Shown here: positions 32,609 through 41,419 of the stretch, in pieces
Layout of the letters: each line of letters starts with the position of its first letter
How positions within the stretch are numbered: the first letter of the stretch is position 1
NCBI GenBank assembly: GCA_045659145.1
Contig: JAZOWI010000023.1
Coordinates: 3,669 to 67,668, forward strand
Direction of reading: 5' to 3'
DNA: 64,000 nt
Source of the DNA: Acutalibacteraceae bacterium
GTDB taxonomy: Bacteria; Bacillota; Clostridia; Oscillospirales; Acutalibacteraceae
Made by a program: the position numbers and the translations under genes
The notes under the pieces: generated by a model
Databases searched by the model: none
The model's input: the letters and a program-made list of their open reading frames with translations, nothing else
What the model was told of the DNA's origin: nothing

Positions 32609-32637
32609 ATTTTACCAAAAGCAAAGCGGAAACGCAA
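32609..32637 (-). promoter_or_regulatory. Candidate promoter for the P2 cassette
   Basis: The minus strand reads TTGCGT-17 nt-TAAAAT with TGG immediately 5' of the -10 (TTTTGGTAAAAT). The same -10 context occurs upstream of P3. Confidence 0.4.
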
Positions 32638-32670
32638 CTTATTTTTCGCCTTGAACATATCCCCTGCCAT

Positions 32671-32706
32671 AAAATAAAAAATCGGGCACGACCAAAGTCG
32701 TGCCCG
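32671..32706 (-). terminator. Intrinsic terminator after the 32739-34925 gene
   Basis: CGGGCACGAC (32683-32692) / GTCGTGCCCG (32697-32706). The minus strand continues ATTTTTTATTTT. Confidence 0.8.
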
Positions 32707-32738
32707 AAAGCGATTTTACTTATACTGTTTTGCGAAAA

Positions 32739-34925
32739 TCAGCTCCAATCCAACTGACCGTCGTTGACATTGGGCGCTTCCTTATAGCAGCGAGATACAA
32801 TGTCACCATAGACAACGACCTCTTCACCCTCATACTCGAACACATAGTAAGGACGAGCATAAATTGTGGTCTGAATATTTGGATCAGGGATGTTAACGAT
32901 GCGCACCGCATATTCCGCTATGCCGTTCGCAACGGAAATACCCTTTTCCGCCACGATATTAATAGTGCTGCCTTTCGGTGTTGCATTGCCGATCACCATA
33001 TGATCCGTGGAGGCACCATTGGGGTTGTTGCACATAATGGCACCCATCGCCACGAGCTTGTATTTTACACCGGTACCCAGAGCATCTACCATAGCGGTGC
33101 TGTCATAGCCAATGAAGCGATGATCCTCGGAGATGGTCAAGCCGGTTGCCGGCAATTCTACACGGAACGCCAAGGCATTACCCACATCCGGCGCCTGATT
33201 CTCAGGATCGGAGGTACTGGTGCCGGTGTTGGCAGGCTTCAAGGCAGCGAACACCTCTTCGACAGGCTCGGTGGAGGTACCATTGGCATTACCATTCTCA
33301 TCATAGGTCTTGAACAAACGAATGTCGTCAATCATCGCTGTGCCACCCGCATCCAAAACCACAAAACCGATCTGGTTGTGAACGCCGGAGTTGAAGGTGA
33401 CCGCATATTCTTCCCACTTATCCATTCGACTTGTGAAGGGAATCCTGCCGAACTCCTCAGGTAACTCAATGTCGTTATCCACCAACTTGATCATACCGTT
33501 ACCCGTGGTAAGAACCTTGTAGTCGAAAGACATCGTGTAATCGGTGTTGGGCTCCACGGGGATCCACTTGAAGAAGTTATAATTCACCTTGGCCCCGGCA
33601 GTGTATTTCATTACACGGCCGTGGTCGTCACCGGCATCCACAATGGACATAAAGCCGTTGTTCCAGCCGCCGGAATTGGTGCTCCAAAAGTTCTTGGAAA
33701 CGCCGCTGTTCATATTGCAATCGGGAATCAGGTTATCCTCGGCCTTACAATACTTATTGGTCACCGAGGTGCTGCCGGAAATATTCTCCGAACGACGAGC
33801 ACCCACGTACTCCATACCGTCGGTCAGCTTATGTACCGACAGGTCGTCGATCCACATCTGGGACTTCTTACCGTATACCGCCACGGTCACCGTTTCCGTA
33901 TTGGAGGTGCGGAAGGTCATGGCGCGCAGATGCCAACGGTTATCCATAGCCGTGGGACGCAGGGCCTTTTTGGGACCGGACTGCTTAAACTTATATGCTG
34001 CAAGCGAAGAATAGATAAACTGGTTCGTATCCGGGTCAATGATACCGAGGCTGGTCAGACCCGTATTGTTGCCACTCAAGTAGGGAGCCTTCACCCACGC
34101 GGACAGTACGTACTCGGTATTGGCCTCCACGTTGATGGTGAAGGTGTGCCAGCTCTCCATAGTGGAGGCATTCTGGTAATACAGGCAACTGTTGCCGGAA
34201 TAAGCACCCTCGGAAACCACCGACAGGTTGTTCTTGATGAAGGTGTTGGTGTTCCACTGGGCACCGGAGGTGGACTCGAAGCCCCCCTGGGTCACCTTGT
34301 TGACCGAATCACTCTTGGGACGGTTCATTTCAGCACCGAAACCGGTCATCGTAGGAGTGGGGTCCGAGTGAGTCGACTCATCGCCCACCGTAGTGGCAGT
34401 CAACGAAACACCATCCAGATAATGAGTCCGGTTGCCCGAGCTGGGGGCGTAAAAACGAATGCAAATGTACGTGTTACTGCCCACGCTGATACCTGATTTA
34501 GTGGTCTCCTTAAATGTCGTACCATTATTTACGTTCGTCTTCTGCACCAATGTTGTACCGAAAGTCGTGTCGTTGGTGCCGGCTACCACCTCATACTGAT
34601 AAGTTCCTGAACCATTTAGAGAGATTGCATAACGACACCAAAAAGATAAGGTGTACACCGCATTCTTGTTGACCGGAATAACTTGAGAAGCAACTACTTT
34701 GCCGTAGGTGGCACTATTGATTGGCATTTTCAAGGAATAAGAATCATATTTCTTGTAATCTGTAGAAGCCTCGGCACCGGAGATAGTCCAAGCAGCGATA
34801 CCTTCCTCAAAGCCACCATTCGCCACAGTACCCACAGCCGCCGCCGAAACCGCGAAGGAAGGGATCAGCGTGCAGAGCATCGCCACGGACAGGAGGACTG
34901 CCCATACTTTATTCATCTTTTTCAT
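32739..34925 (-). CDS. Secreted protein: signal peptide, extra N-terminal CBM-like module, conserved tandem CBM-like pair, unassigned C-terminal domain
   Basis: Signal peptide MKKMNKVWAVLLSVAMLCTLIPSFAVSAAA. NGGFEEGIAAW, QGGFESTSGAQWNTN...MWIDDLSVHK, YCKAEDNLIPD...AMIDDIRLFK. C-terminal AEKGISVANGIAEYAVRIVNIP...IYARPYYVF...VYGDIV. Confidence 0.8.
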   Translation of the reverse strand: MKKMNKVWAVLLSVAMLCTLIPSFAVSAAAVGTVANGGFEEGIAAWTISGAEASTDYKKYDSYSLKMPINSATYGKVVASQVIPVNKNAVYTLSFWCRYAISLNGSGTYQYEVVAGTNDTTFGTTLVQKTNVNNGTTFKETTKSGISVGSNTYICIRFYAPSSGNRTHYLDGVSLTATTVGDESTHSDPTPTMTGFGAEMNRPKSDSVNKVTQGGFESTSGAQWNTNTFIKNNLSVVSEGAYSGNSCLYYQNASTMESWHTFTINVEANTEYVLSAWVKAPYLSGNNTGLTSLGIIDPDTNQFIYSSLAAYKFKQSGPKKALRPTAMDNRWHLRAMTFRTSNTETVTVAVYGKKSQMWIDDLSVHKLTDGMEYVGARRSENISGSTSVTNKYCKAEDNLIPDCNMNSGVSKNFWSTNSGGWNNGFMSIVDAGDDHGRVMKYTAGAKVNYNFFKWIPVEPNTDYTMSFDYKVLTTGNGMIKLVDNDIELPEEFGRIPFTSRMDKWEEYAVTFNSGVHNQIGFVVLDAGGTAMIDDIRLFKTYDENGNANGTSTEPVEEVFAALKPANTGTSTSDPENQAPDVGNALAFRVELPATGLTISEDHRFIGYDSTAMVDALGTGVKYKLVAMGAIMCNNPNGASTDHMVIGNATPKGSTINIVAEKGISVANGIAEYAVRIVNIPDPNIQTTIYARPYYVFEYEGEEVVVYGDIVSRCYKEAPNVNDGQLDWS

Positions 34926-34944
34926 ACGTCAGATCCTCCCTTCA

Positions 34945-36477
34945 TTAGTATTTCCACACGTTGGAATAAGACGTCTTGCCGTTAACAGTGACACGATACT
35001 GCACCGTGCCGGAGGTCACAAAATTGGGATCTTGATAGCTGTAACGATAACTGCCGGTGGTGGTGTCCACAGTAGCACCGGAGGTCGTCACCGTAGTCCA
35101 AGTATTGCCACCGTCCACCGAACGCTCCACCTTGTAGGTGCTTACGTTTTTGGGCTGAATCCAATACAGCAGACCATTGGCATTTTTACCATCGTGATAG
35201 AACATAGAGGGATTACCGGTGGTATGATAGGCGGATTTCTTGTCCGCACGAATCTCCTCAATGTGATAGTACTGCTCGTAGCAAGCCTGACGGAAATCGT
35301 ACACTGTCTGAGCATTCTGCTTGGTGAACTGGTTGCCGGAGGGAGTCTGCGTTCTTCTCAGCGTAGGCTGCCAGCACCACTGGAACCAACCGGTATAATT
35401 CTGAGTCATAAGATTGATGCGCCAGTTTTTGAAAGCGGTAATAGCCTCACTTTCGCTGAGCGCAACTCCATCACCCAGGCCCCACTCGGTGGCCAGTACG
35501 GGAGCGGTAGCATAGTAATTGGAGAAATTGTACACATTAGCGGAAGAAGAATACTGGTTACGACCCACCATATCAAAGTTACAACCGGCGTACATAGCGT
35601 AGTTGTTGGTGTTGGTAGCAATGGTTACGTAGGTGTTGGGCATCTTCTCCTTCACCGTCTGGGTCAGACGGGTAACGAAGTGCACACAGTCATCCTGCGT
35701 AATGCCATAAGCCTCGCGGTCGCCGTGATTCATATGATTACCCAGTTCGGAGTCGTTGGTCTCGTTCTCCAACTCAACGGTGGAACAAACCATCGCCACC
35801 ACGTCAGGGTACTCATTGAGCACATTGCACACGGGCTTGACGAACTTCTCGCAATAGTTCTCCACAATCTCGGGATTGCAGTAGAACTGGGTGGCGAAAT
35901 ACCACGCGTCCATACCGGTGTACTCAGGCATCGCCGATGCATGGAAGCATATCGTCCACATTACGGGCATATCCACCTCGCGGCAGATATCCAAAAAGCG
36001 GCGAATATTATTGAGATACTCAGGGCGCAGACCAATCACGTCACCGTTGAGCTCGTTGCGCAAGCAACCCTCACCCCAGCAAGAGCCCTCGAAGCCCAGC
36101 ATATTGTAGCCGAGAGCCTTCAGGTTATAGATCTCCTGCTTGATCTTATCCGCGCCGTATTCGTCAATACCAACCTTGTTGAAATCCTGATAGTAATCCG
36201 TGCCACCCTCAGGATGGTCCAGTCTCTCCAGATCGGGATTCTGAGCCAAGCCACTGCCGAGATAATCGTGAGTGAACCAAGGGTACCATACGCCCTCCAA
36301 ATAAGCATCCCGCTCCAGAATCTCCGGCACAGTGACACGACCATCGTTATTCGCGTCATACTTCTTGGCGCTAACGTCCTCGGTGCTACCGGTGAAGGAC
36401 AGCACGCCCAGCATGCTGACCGAAAGGGCCACCACGCAGAGCAAGGGCAACAGGATCTTATTGCCGATTTTACGCAT
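34945..36477 (-). CDS. Secreted putative glycoside hydrolase, clan GH-A-like (paralogue P3), plus Fn3-like/Asp-box module
   Basis: Start trimmed to MRKIGNKILLPLLCVVALS (ATG at 36477, GGAGAGGAAG RBS). EILERDAYLEGVWYPWFTH, VELENETNDS, LATEWGLGDG, Asp-box SVDGGNTW. Confidence 0.65.
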   Translation of the reverse strand: MRKIGNKILLPLLCVVALSVSMLGVLSFTGSTEDVSAKKYDANNDGRVTVPEILERDAYLEGVWYPWFTHDYLGSGLAQNPDLERLDHPEGGTDYYQDFNKVGIDEYGADKIKQEIYNLKALGYNMLGFEGSCWGEGCLRNELNGDVIGLRPEYLNNIRRFLDICREVDMPVMWTICFHASAMPEYTGMDAWYFATQFYCNPEIVENYCEKFVKPVCNVLNEYPDVVAMVCSTVELENETNDSELGNHMNHGDREAYGITQDDCVHFVTRLTQTVKEKMPNTYVTIATNTNNYAMYAGCNFDMVGRNQYSSSANVYNFSNYYATAPVLATEWGLGDGVALSESEAITAFKNWRINLMTQNYTGWFQWCWQPTLRRTQTPSGNQFTKQNAQTVYDFRQACYEQYYHIEEIRADKKSAYHTTGNPSMFYHDGKNANGLLYWIQPKNVSTYKVERSVDGGNTWTTVTTSGATVDTTTGSYRYSYQDPNFVTSGTVQYRVTVNGKTSYSNVWKY

Positions 36478-36592
36478 AATTTTCACGCTTCCTCTCCATA
36501 ATTCAAACGTGGAACAAGCCCTCGTTTGTCGCTTTGTTTTTTTGTTACAGATGTACACGCACATATAACAAACGACTATAACATACGATATC

Positions 36593-36621
36593 ATTTTACC
36601 AAAATATTGTAGCAAAAGCAA
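36593..36621 (-). promoter_or_regulatory. Candidate promoter for the P3 cassette
   Basis: The minus strand reads TTGCTT-17 nt-TAAAAT with TGG 5' of the -10 (TTTTGGTAAAAT). Confidence 0.4.
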
Positions 36622-36682
36622 CTCCTTTTTATTGTAAAAACATAAGATTTTCCGTTAGATGTTACTATTTTGAACGTTGAAT

Positions 36683-36719
36683 AAAAACGACCGCCACGAA
36701 ACAATTCGCGGCGGTCGTT
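36683..36719 (-). terminator. Intrinsic terminator after the metallophosphoesterase gene
   Basis: ACGACCGCC (36687-36695) / GGCGGTCGT (36711-36719). The minus strand continues TTTTTATTC. Confidence 0.75.
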
Positions 36720-36730
36720 CTGTCAATTTT

Positions 36731-37555
36731 TTATTCGCCGATGGTGTAGAGATGCACATTACCGGTGATGCCCTGAGACACGCCGTACTGGCAGATCTCT
36801 TCGTTCAGGTGGCTCACATTCTGAAAGTGCAGATGCCCCGTCAGCACCGCCACCACGGGAGACTCCTCCCCTGTCAGCAAGCGGATAAACTCCTCATTCT
36901 CCTCAGGGCAACCCTCATACTCATTCATACGGAAGTAATCGCCGCAACCATACACAGCGTCGTAATTCTCCTTGTTGAGAATGGGTACGTGCATCGCTAC
37001 CACCGTCTTCTTACCGGTAGCCAGCAGGGCCGCCACCTTGTCCAACTGTTCGCGGCTAATGCGGCGCTCCTGATTATCGATACCCAGTATCTGCAGATCC
37101 CCCAGATCCACCACCGATACCGGCTCCTTCATTATCGAAAGGCGCATACCATCGGGAAGCTTATTTTTCGGCTCGTGGTTACCGCACACGATCACGTAGG
37201 GCACCTGCAGATCCGCCAACCCCTTTTCGGTAGCGCGAATATCCGCAGGGGTCACGTGGTTCATAATGTCACCGGTAAGTACCGCCGCGTCCACTGTGTT
37301 GGCTAAGGAGACCAAACGAGCATACTGCACACGGCTGTCCGCCATCTGTGCCTCGCCGGTGGGTGCGCCGTGAGCCTTGGCAAAATAGAGGCGGGTATCG
37401 ATCCACCCTTGGGTATCTTTCAGCGCCTGTTCTTTTTCCTCAGCCGTGGACAATTCGTCATAAGCGGTCAGGTGAATGTCTGAAAAATGGCAGATGGTCT
37501 TTTTCTGAACGCCCGCCACGGGAATGTTAAAGCGAGTAATGGTCAACGTCTCCAT
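36731..37555 (-). CDS. Calcineurin-like metallophosphoesterase
   Basis: Motifs HFSDIHL, GDIMNH, CGNHE and GHLH. Start trimmed to METLTITRF (ATG at 37555, GGGAGG RBS). Confidence 0.8.
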   Translation of the reverse strand: METLTITRFNIPVAGVQKKTICHFSDIHLTAYDELSTAEEKEQALKDTQGWIDTRLYFAKAHGAPTGEAQMADSRVQYARLVSLANTVDAAVLTGDIMNHVTPADIRATEKGLADLQVPYVIVCGNHEPKNKLPDGMRLSIMKEPVSVVDLGDLQILGIDNQERRISREQLDKVAALLATGKKTVVAMHVPILNKENYDAVYGCGDYFRMNEYEGCPEENEEFIRLLTGEESPVVAVLTGHLHFQNVSHLNEEICQYGVSQGITGNVHLYTIGE

Positions 37556-37568
37556 AGTAACCTCCCTA

Positions 37569-38297
37569 TCAAAAGCGACAACGATCGTTGTGGTTATACC
37601 GCAGCGGCAGACCCTCGCGATACAGATGAGAGTCATTGGACAGAGTCAGCACGCGGGGCACCACCATACCATAGCGATCGGGATGGAAGTCCACTACGTT
37701 AAAACCGCTATGGCACATATCAAAGCGGGTGGCATAGATGGGATACGGGATATCCAGCAGACAACTCATAAACACCATACCGCAACCCTGATGGGCGAAC
37801 AACGCCACGCGGTCGTTATTGTCCTTCACCGGCTTGTACATACCGGTGTAACGATCGTGCTCATAACCAAGCTCTGCAAACAGGGAATCCACACCTTCAT
37901 ACATTTTCTGAATACCACTTTTAAAGGTATACTCCGCCAATTTGGGATGCTTATACCAGTCGTGACCCATAGCCACCACCTCAGGATCCAACAGCAGTTT
38001 GCGAGTATCCTTATGATCCCAAGCCCAAGCCTGATCCGGATGGGGCCATTCGCCGATCATAAAATCCTTCGCTACATTGGCCTCGTTGCAGAAATCCAAT
38101 AATTTCGCCTCACGACCCAAAATATCGCAGGTAGGTTTACCGGTCAAAATGGCGCGATTCGAGGTGGATGCATACACCTTATTGATGCCGTGCATACACA
38201 GACGCTTCGCCACCGCCTCCGCCTGCCGCTCTCCCAACGGAGTCAGGGAGTCGGGATTGTAGATCGGATCACCGTGACGAACGTAAAAAAACAGCAT
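37569..38297 (-). CDS. Histidine phosphatase superfamily (phosphoglycerate-mutase-like) protein
   Basis: N-terminal FYVRHGDPIYNPDSLTPLGERQA (RHG catalytic motif). Paralogue of 54133-54837. Confidence 0.8.
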   Translation of the reverse strand: MLFFYVRHGDPIYNPDSLTPLGERQAEAVAKRLCMHGINKVYASTSNRAILTGKPTCDILGREAKLLDFCNEANVAKDFMIGEWPHPDQAWAWDHKDTRKLLLDPEVVAMGHDWYKHPKLAEYTFKSGIQKMYEGVDSLFAELGYEHDRYTGMYKPVKDNNDRVALFAHQGCGMVFMSCLLDIPYPIYATRFDMCHSGFNVVDFHPDRYGMVVPRVLTLSNDSHLYREGLPLRYNHNDRCRF

Positions 38298-38424
38298 ATT
38301 GGCTTCTCCTTTTTATCCCCGCAAAAGCGGATCCTTGTTACGTCCAGTATACCGCACCCATCCTATTTGTGCATTAAAAAATCTTCGTTTTTTATATCAT
38401 TATTTAACGATAATAAGTAAAGTA

Positions 38425-38460
38425 CGCAAAACAAATGCCCCACCGGATGGTGGGGCATTT
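38425..38460 (-). terminator. Intrinsic terminator after GH130
   Basis: AAATGCCCCACC (38433-38444) / GGTGGGGCATTT (38449-38460). The minus strand continues GTTTTGCG. Confidence 0.8.
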
Positions 38461-38464
38461 GTTC

Positions 38465-39451
38465 TTATTGATGGTTGTTCTTCAAGTAGTCCAGCACCTC
38501 GTCCACGGTGGTGAAAGCCAACGCCACGTAGGTATCGGCGGCACCGTAGTAGATGGCGATACGACCGGTGTCCGCATCTGCCAGCGTAGCGCAGGGGAAG
38601 CAGACGTTGGGCACGAAGCCCACGGTCTCATAATCCTCTTCGGGAGTGATCAGGTACTCACGGCCGCGATAGATCACCTTAGAGGGATCCTCCAAATCGC
38701 ACAGCATAGCGCCGAAGGAGTACACATAACCGTTGCAGGTGTTGATAACACCATGGTAGAACACCAGCCAACCTTCGTCGGTCTCGATGGGCACGTTACC
38801 GGCACCGATCTTGGTGGACTCCCACCACACGTTGGTGCCGCGAGCCATCACGTGCTTGTGGTTGCCCCAATAGATCATATCCGGGCTCTCGCTCAGCCAG
38901 ATGTCGCCGAAAGGAGTATGACCGTCGTCAGAGGGACGGTTGAACATCAGGTATTTGCCATTCACCTTACGTGGGAAGGGAACGCCGTTGCGGTTGAAGG
39001 GCAGGGTGATGTTGGGCAGACGGGTAAAGGTCTTGAAATCCAGCGTCTTGCCCAGACCCAGCACGGGGCCGCCGTGCTCGGTGCACCATACGATGTAGTA
39101 GGCATCCTCGATCCAAGTGACGCGAGGATCGTAGTAGTAGGTGGACACGAAGGGCTCACCGTTCTCATCGCGCCAGTCGATGGACTCGGGCTCGATCTCC
39201 CAGTTGATGCCATCCTTGGAGTGGCCTACGTGCAGGTTGGGAGTGGTGATGGTGGTGTCCGCACGGAACACACCGATGAACTCGTCGCCCCACGGCACCA
39301 CCGCGCTGTTGAATACACGCTGGCAGCCCTTTGCAGGGTTGCGCTTGATGATGGGGTTGGCATCATAACGCCACACCACGTTGTCACAGCTGGCGGGACG
39401 ATCCTGCCAAGGGATGTTGGGGAGGGAAACACCGTTGATAATCTTTGCCAT
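38465..39451 (-). CDS. GH130 family beta-mannoside phosphorylase-like protein
   Basis: 328 aa. NRNGVPFPRKVNGKYLMFNRPSDDGHTPFGDIWLSESPDMIYWG and FNSAVVPW..F.GVFR are characteristic GH130 blocks, and the basic residues typical of phosphorylases are retained. AAGGAGAG RBS. Confidence 0.8.
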   Translation of the reverse strand: MAKIINGVSLPNIPWQDRPASCDNVVWRYDANPIIKRNPAKGCQRVFNSAVVPWGDEFIGVFRADTTITTPNLHVGHSKDGINWEIEPESIDWRDENGEPFVSTYYYDPRVTWIEDAYYIVWCTEHGGPVLGLGKTLDFKTFTRLPNITLPFNRNGVPFPRKVNGKYLMFNRPSDDGHTPFGDIWLSESPDMIYWGNHKHVMARGTNVWWESTKIGAGNVPIETDEGWLVFYHGVINTCNGYVYSFGAMLCDLEDPSKVIYRGREYLITPEEDYETVGFVPNVCFPCATLADADTGRIAIYYGAADTYVALAFTTVDEVLDYLKNNHQ

Positions 39452-39494
39452 AATAAACTCTCCTTGTAATTACAGTTGACAATAAGGGGATTCG

Positions 39495-40457
39495 TCAGCC
39501 GACGATGCCCACGCGGTCGATGCTCTGCACAAACTTGCGTTGCAGGAACATATACAGGATCAAAACAGGGGTGATGAACATCAGACAAGCCGCCATACGG
39601 GCGTTACGGGAGTCGCCGCCCATGTTCTTGGCCGCACTGTCGAAGGTATCCAGCATCACCGCCAGAGGCTTGTTATCCACCATATACATACCTGCCATAT
39701 AGCACTCGTTCCAGTGCCAGATCACCGAGAAAATGGTTACCGTCAGGAACACCACGCCGGAGGAAGGAAGAATGACCGACAGGAAGGTGCGCATAGGACC
39801 GGCACCGTCCACATAGGCGGCCTCTTCCAGTTCGCGGGGCAGGCTCTCAAAGAACTTACGGTAAATGAAGATGAACAGACCGGAACGGACACCGACACCA
39901 AAAATAGAGGGCAGGTAGAAGGTAAAGGCCGTATCCACCAGATTGGGACGCAGGTCAATACCGGTCCACTCACGGAACTTGTTGAGAATACCCAGCACGT
40001 CAAAGTGGGAATAGTTCAGGTAAGTAGGTACCACCAGCATTTGCACCGGAATCATAATGGTAATCAGCACCAGGAAGAAGACGATGTTCTTCTCCTCGAA
40101 CTCAAAGCGAGCGAAGCCATAGGCGATCACCGCGCACACAAACACCTCGATAAAGGCACTCACCTGACCTAACCAAAGAGAAACCATACCGGCATTCAGG
40201 TAATCCATCGTCTTGAATGCAATGCTGAAATTATCCCACGTAATCTCGGAAGGGATCCACACAACACTGGGGTTGTACATGTCCGATACAGGACGAAGAG
40301 AATAACTGATCATATAGAGCAGTTGGAACAACACAACATAACTCAGAGCCAAGAGGAAAAAGTACCGCACAAAGTTTACCACCACATTCAGTGTGTTCTT
40401 TTTAAGCAGTACGGAATCCTCGGGGGTGAGCTTGTTGCTGAAAAGTTTTTTAAGCAC
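39495..40457 (-). CDS. Carbohydrate ABC transporter permease (MalG-like)
   Basis: Six TM segments. EAA-loop-like ESLPRELEEAAYVDGAGPMRTFLSVILP. Confidence 0.85.
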   Translation of the reverse strand: MLKKLFSNKLTPEDSVLLKKNTLNVVVNFVRYFFLLALSYVVLFQLLYMISYSLRPVSDMYNPSVVWIPSEITWDNFSIAFKTMDYLNAGMVSLWLGQVSAFIEVFVCAVIAYGFARFEFEEKNIVFFLVLITIMIPVQMLVVPTYLNYSHFDVLGILNKFREWTGIDLRPNLVDTAFTFYLPSIFGVGVRSGLFIFIYRKFFESLPRELEEAAYVDGAGPMRTFLSVILPSSGVVFLTVTIFSVIWHWNECYMAGMYMVDNKPLAVMLDTFDSAAKNMGGDSRNARMAACLMFITPVLILYMFLQRKFVQSIDRVGIVG

Positions 40458-40485
40458 TCTTTATCACCTCACATGTACGGCCCCA

Positions 40486-41391
40486 TCAGGTAGCCCATTT
40501 GGAAAATACGGTCTTCTGGAGAATCAGGATAGCCAAGCCCAAAATCGATCCCACCAGAGCGAAATAGACCCACAACATCGCAGCGCTGCGATCGTAGATC
40601 TGCTGCTGCATAGCAGCATACGCCTGAGTAATAACGGCATTGCTGGAATCCGTAAAGATCTCGATCGCCGTAAAGATGATAACCAGAACGGTGGTACCGC
40701 TCAGCATAGGGAAGGTCACGTACCAGAACTCCTCCCACTTGTTGGCACCCTCTACGCGGCACACCTCGTAGAGCTGCTCGGGAATGGACTGCAAGCCGGA
40801 GATGAACAGAACGATCTGCACACCGCAATCCCAGAACAGATCAAAGATTTGGTTAACGAAACCTACAAGGAAATCCGTTATTTCCTTAGACAAATGCATA
40901 CCTTGCAAAATAGTCGTCACATCAATGCCATTGGTAGACATCTCCGCGCTACCGCTACGCATCGCCTCTGCCGTGGCATCACCTTGAATGTAGGTCATCA
41001 CTACACCGGTGGCAATAATCACGGGCAGGAAGAAAATAGAACGGAATACGATACGGCCCTTAAACTTCTGATTCAGTAACACGCCAACAATCAAACTCAG
41101 AGCCACAACCAGCGGAATGGAATACGCGAAAGATCCAAGCGAATCATACAAGTTATCTACATACTTGGCAGACTCACCGAAAATGTACTTAATGTTGTCA
41201 AACTTAGTGAATTCCGTATCAAAGTTGGTTTCACCGATGCTTACCGTACAGAACACAAACCAAAAGGATTGTACTAACGGAACCAAAAAGAACAACACAA
41301 AACCGATTTCCCAAGGAAGAATGAACATACGTCCGTACATTCGCTTCTTTTGGGTGAAATCTTTTAATGATTTTTTCATTGTCACAATCAC
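40486..41391 (-). CDS. Carbohydrate ABC transporter permease (MalF-like)
   Basis: TM-rich. EAA-loop QSIPEQLYEVCRVEGANKWEEFWYVTFP. The start may be the GTG at 41391 or the ATG at 41379. Confidence 0.85.
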   Translation of the reverse strand: MIVTMKKSLKDFTQKKRMYGRMFILPWEIGFVLFFLVPLVQSFWFVFCTVSIGETNFDTEFTKFDNIKYIFGESAKYVDNLYDSLGSFAYSIPLVVALSLIVGVLLNQKFKGRIVFRSIFFLPVIIATGVVMTYIQGDATAEAMRSGSAEMSTNGIDVTTILQGMHLSKEITDFLVGFVNQIFDLFWDCGVQIVLFISGLQSIPEQLYEVCRVEGANKWEEFWYVTFPMLSGTTVLVIIFTAIEIFTDSSNAVITQAYAAMQQQIYDRSAAMLWVYFALVGSILGLAILILQKTVFSKWAT

Positions 41392-41419
41392 CTGCCTTAT
41401 GTATTACACAGCGGCCTCA

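Noticed and set aside
36478-36621. N-terminal extensions of several track ORFs (also 53672-53707, 43667-43726, 15034-15102, 37556-37636, 61231-61278)
   Set aside because: In each case an internal start has a strong RBS and yields a canonical signal peptide, lipobox or conserved N-terminus. The extensions run into promoters or upstream genes.
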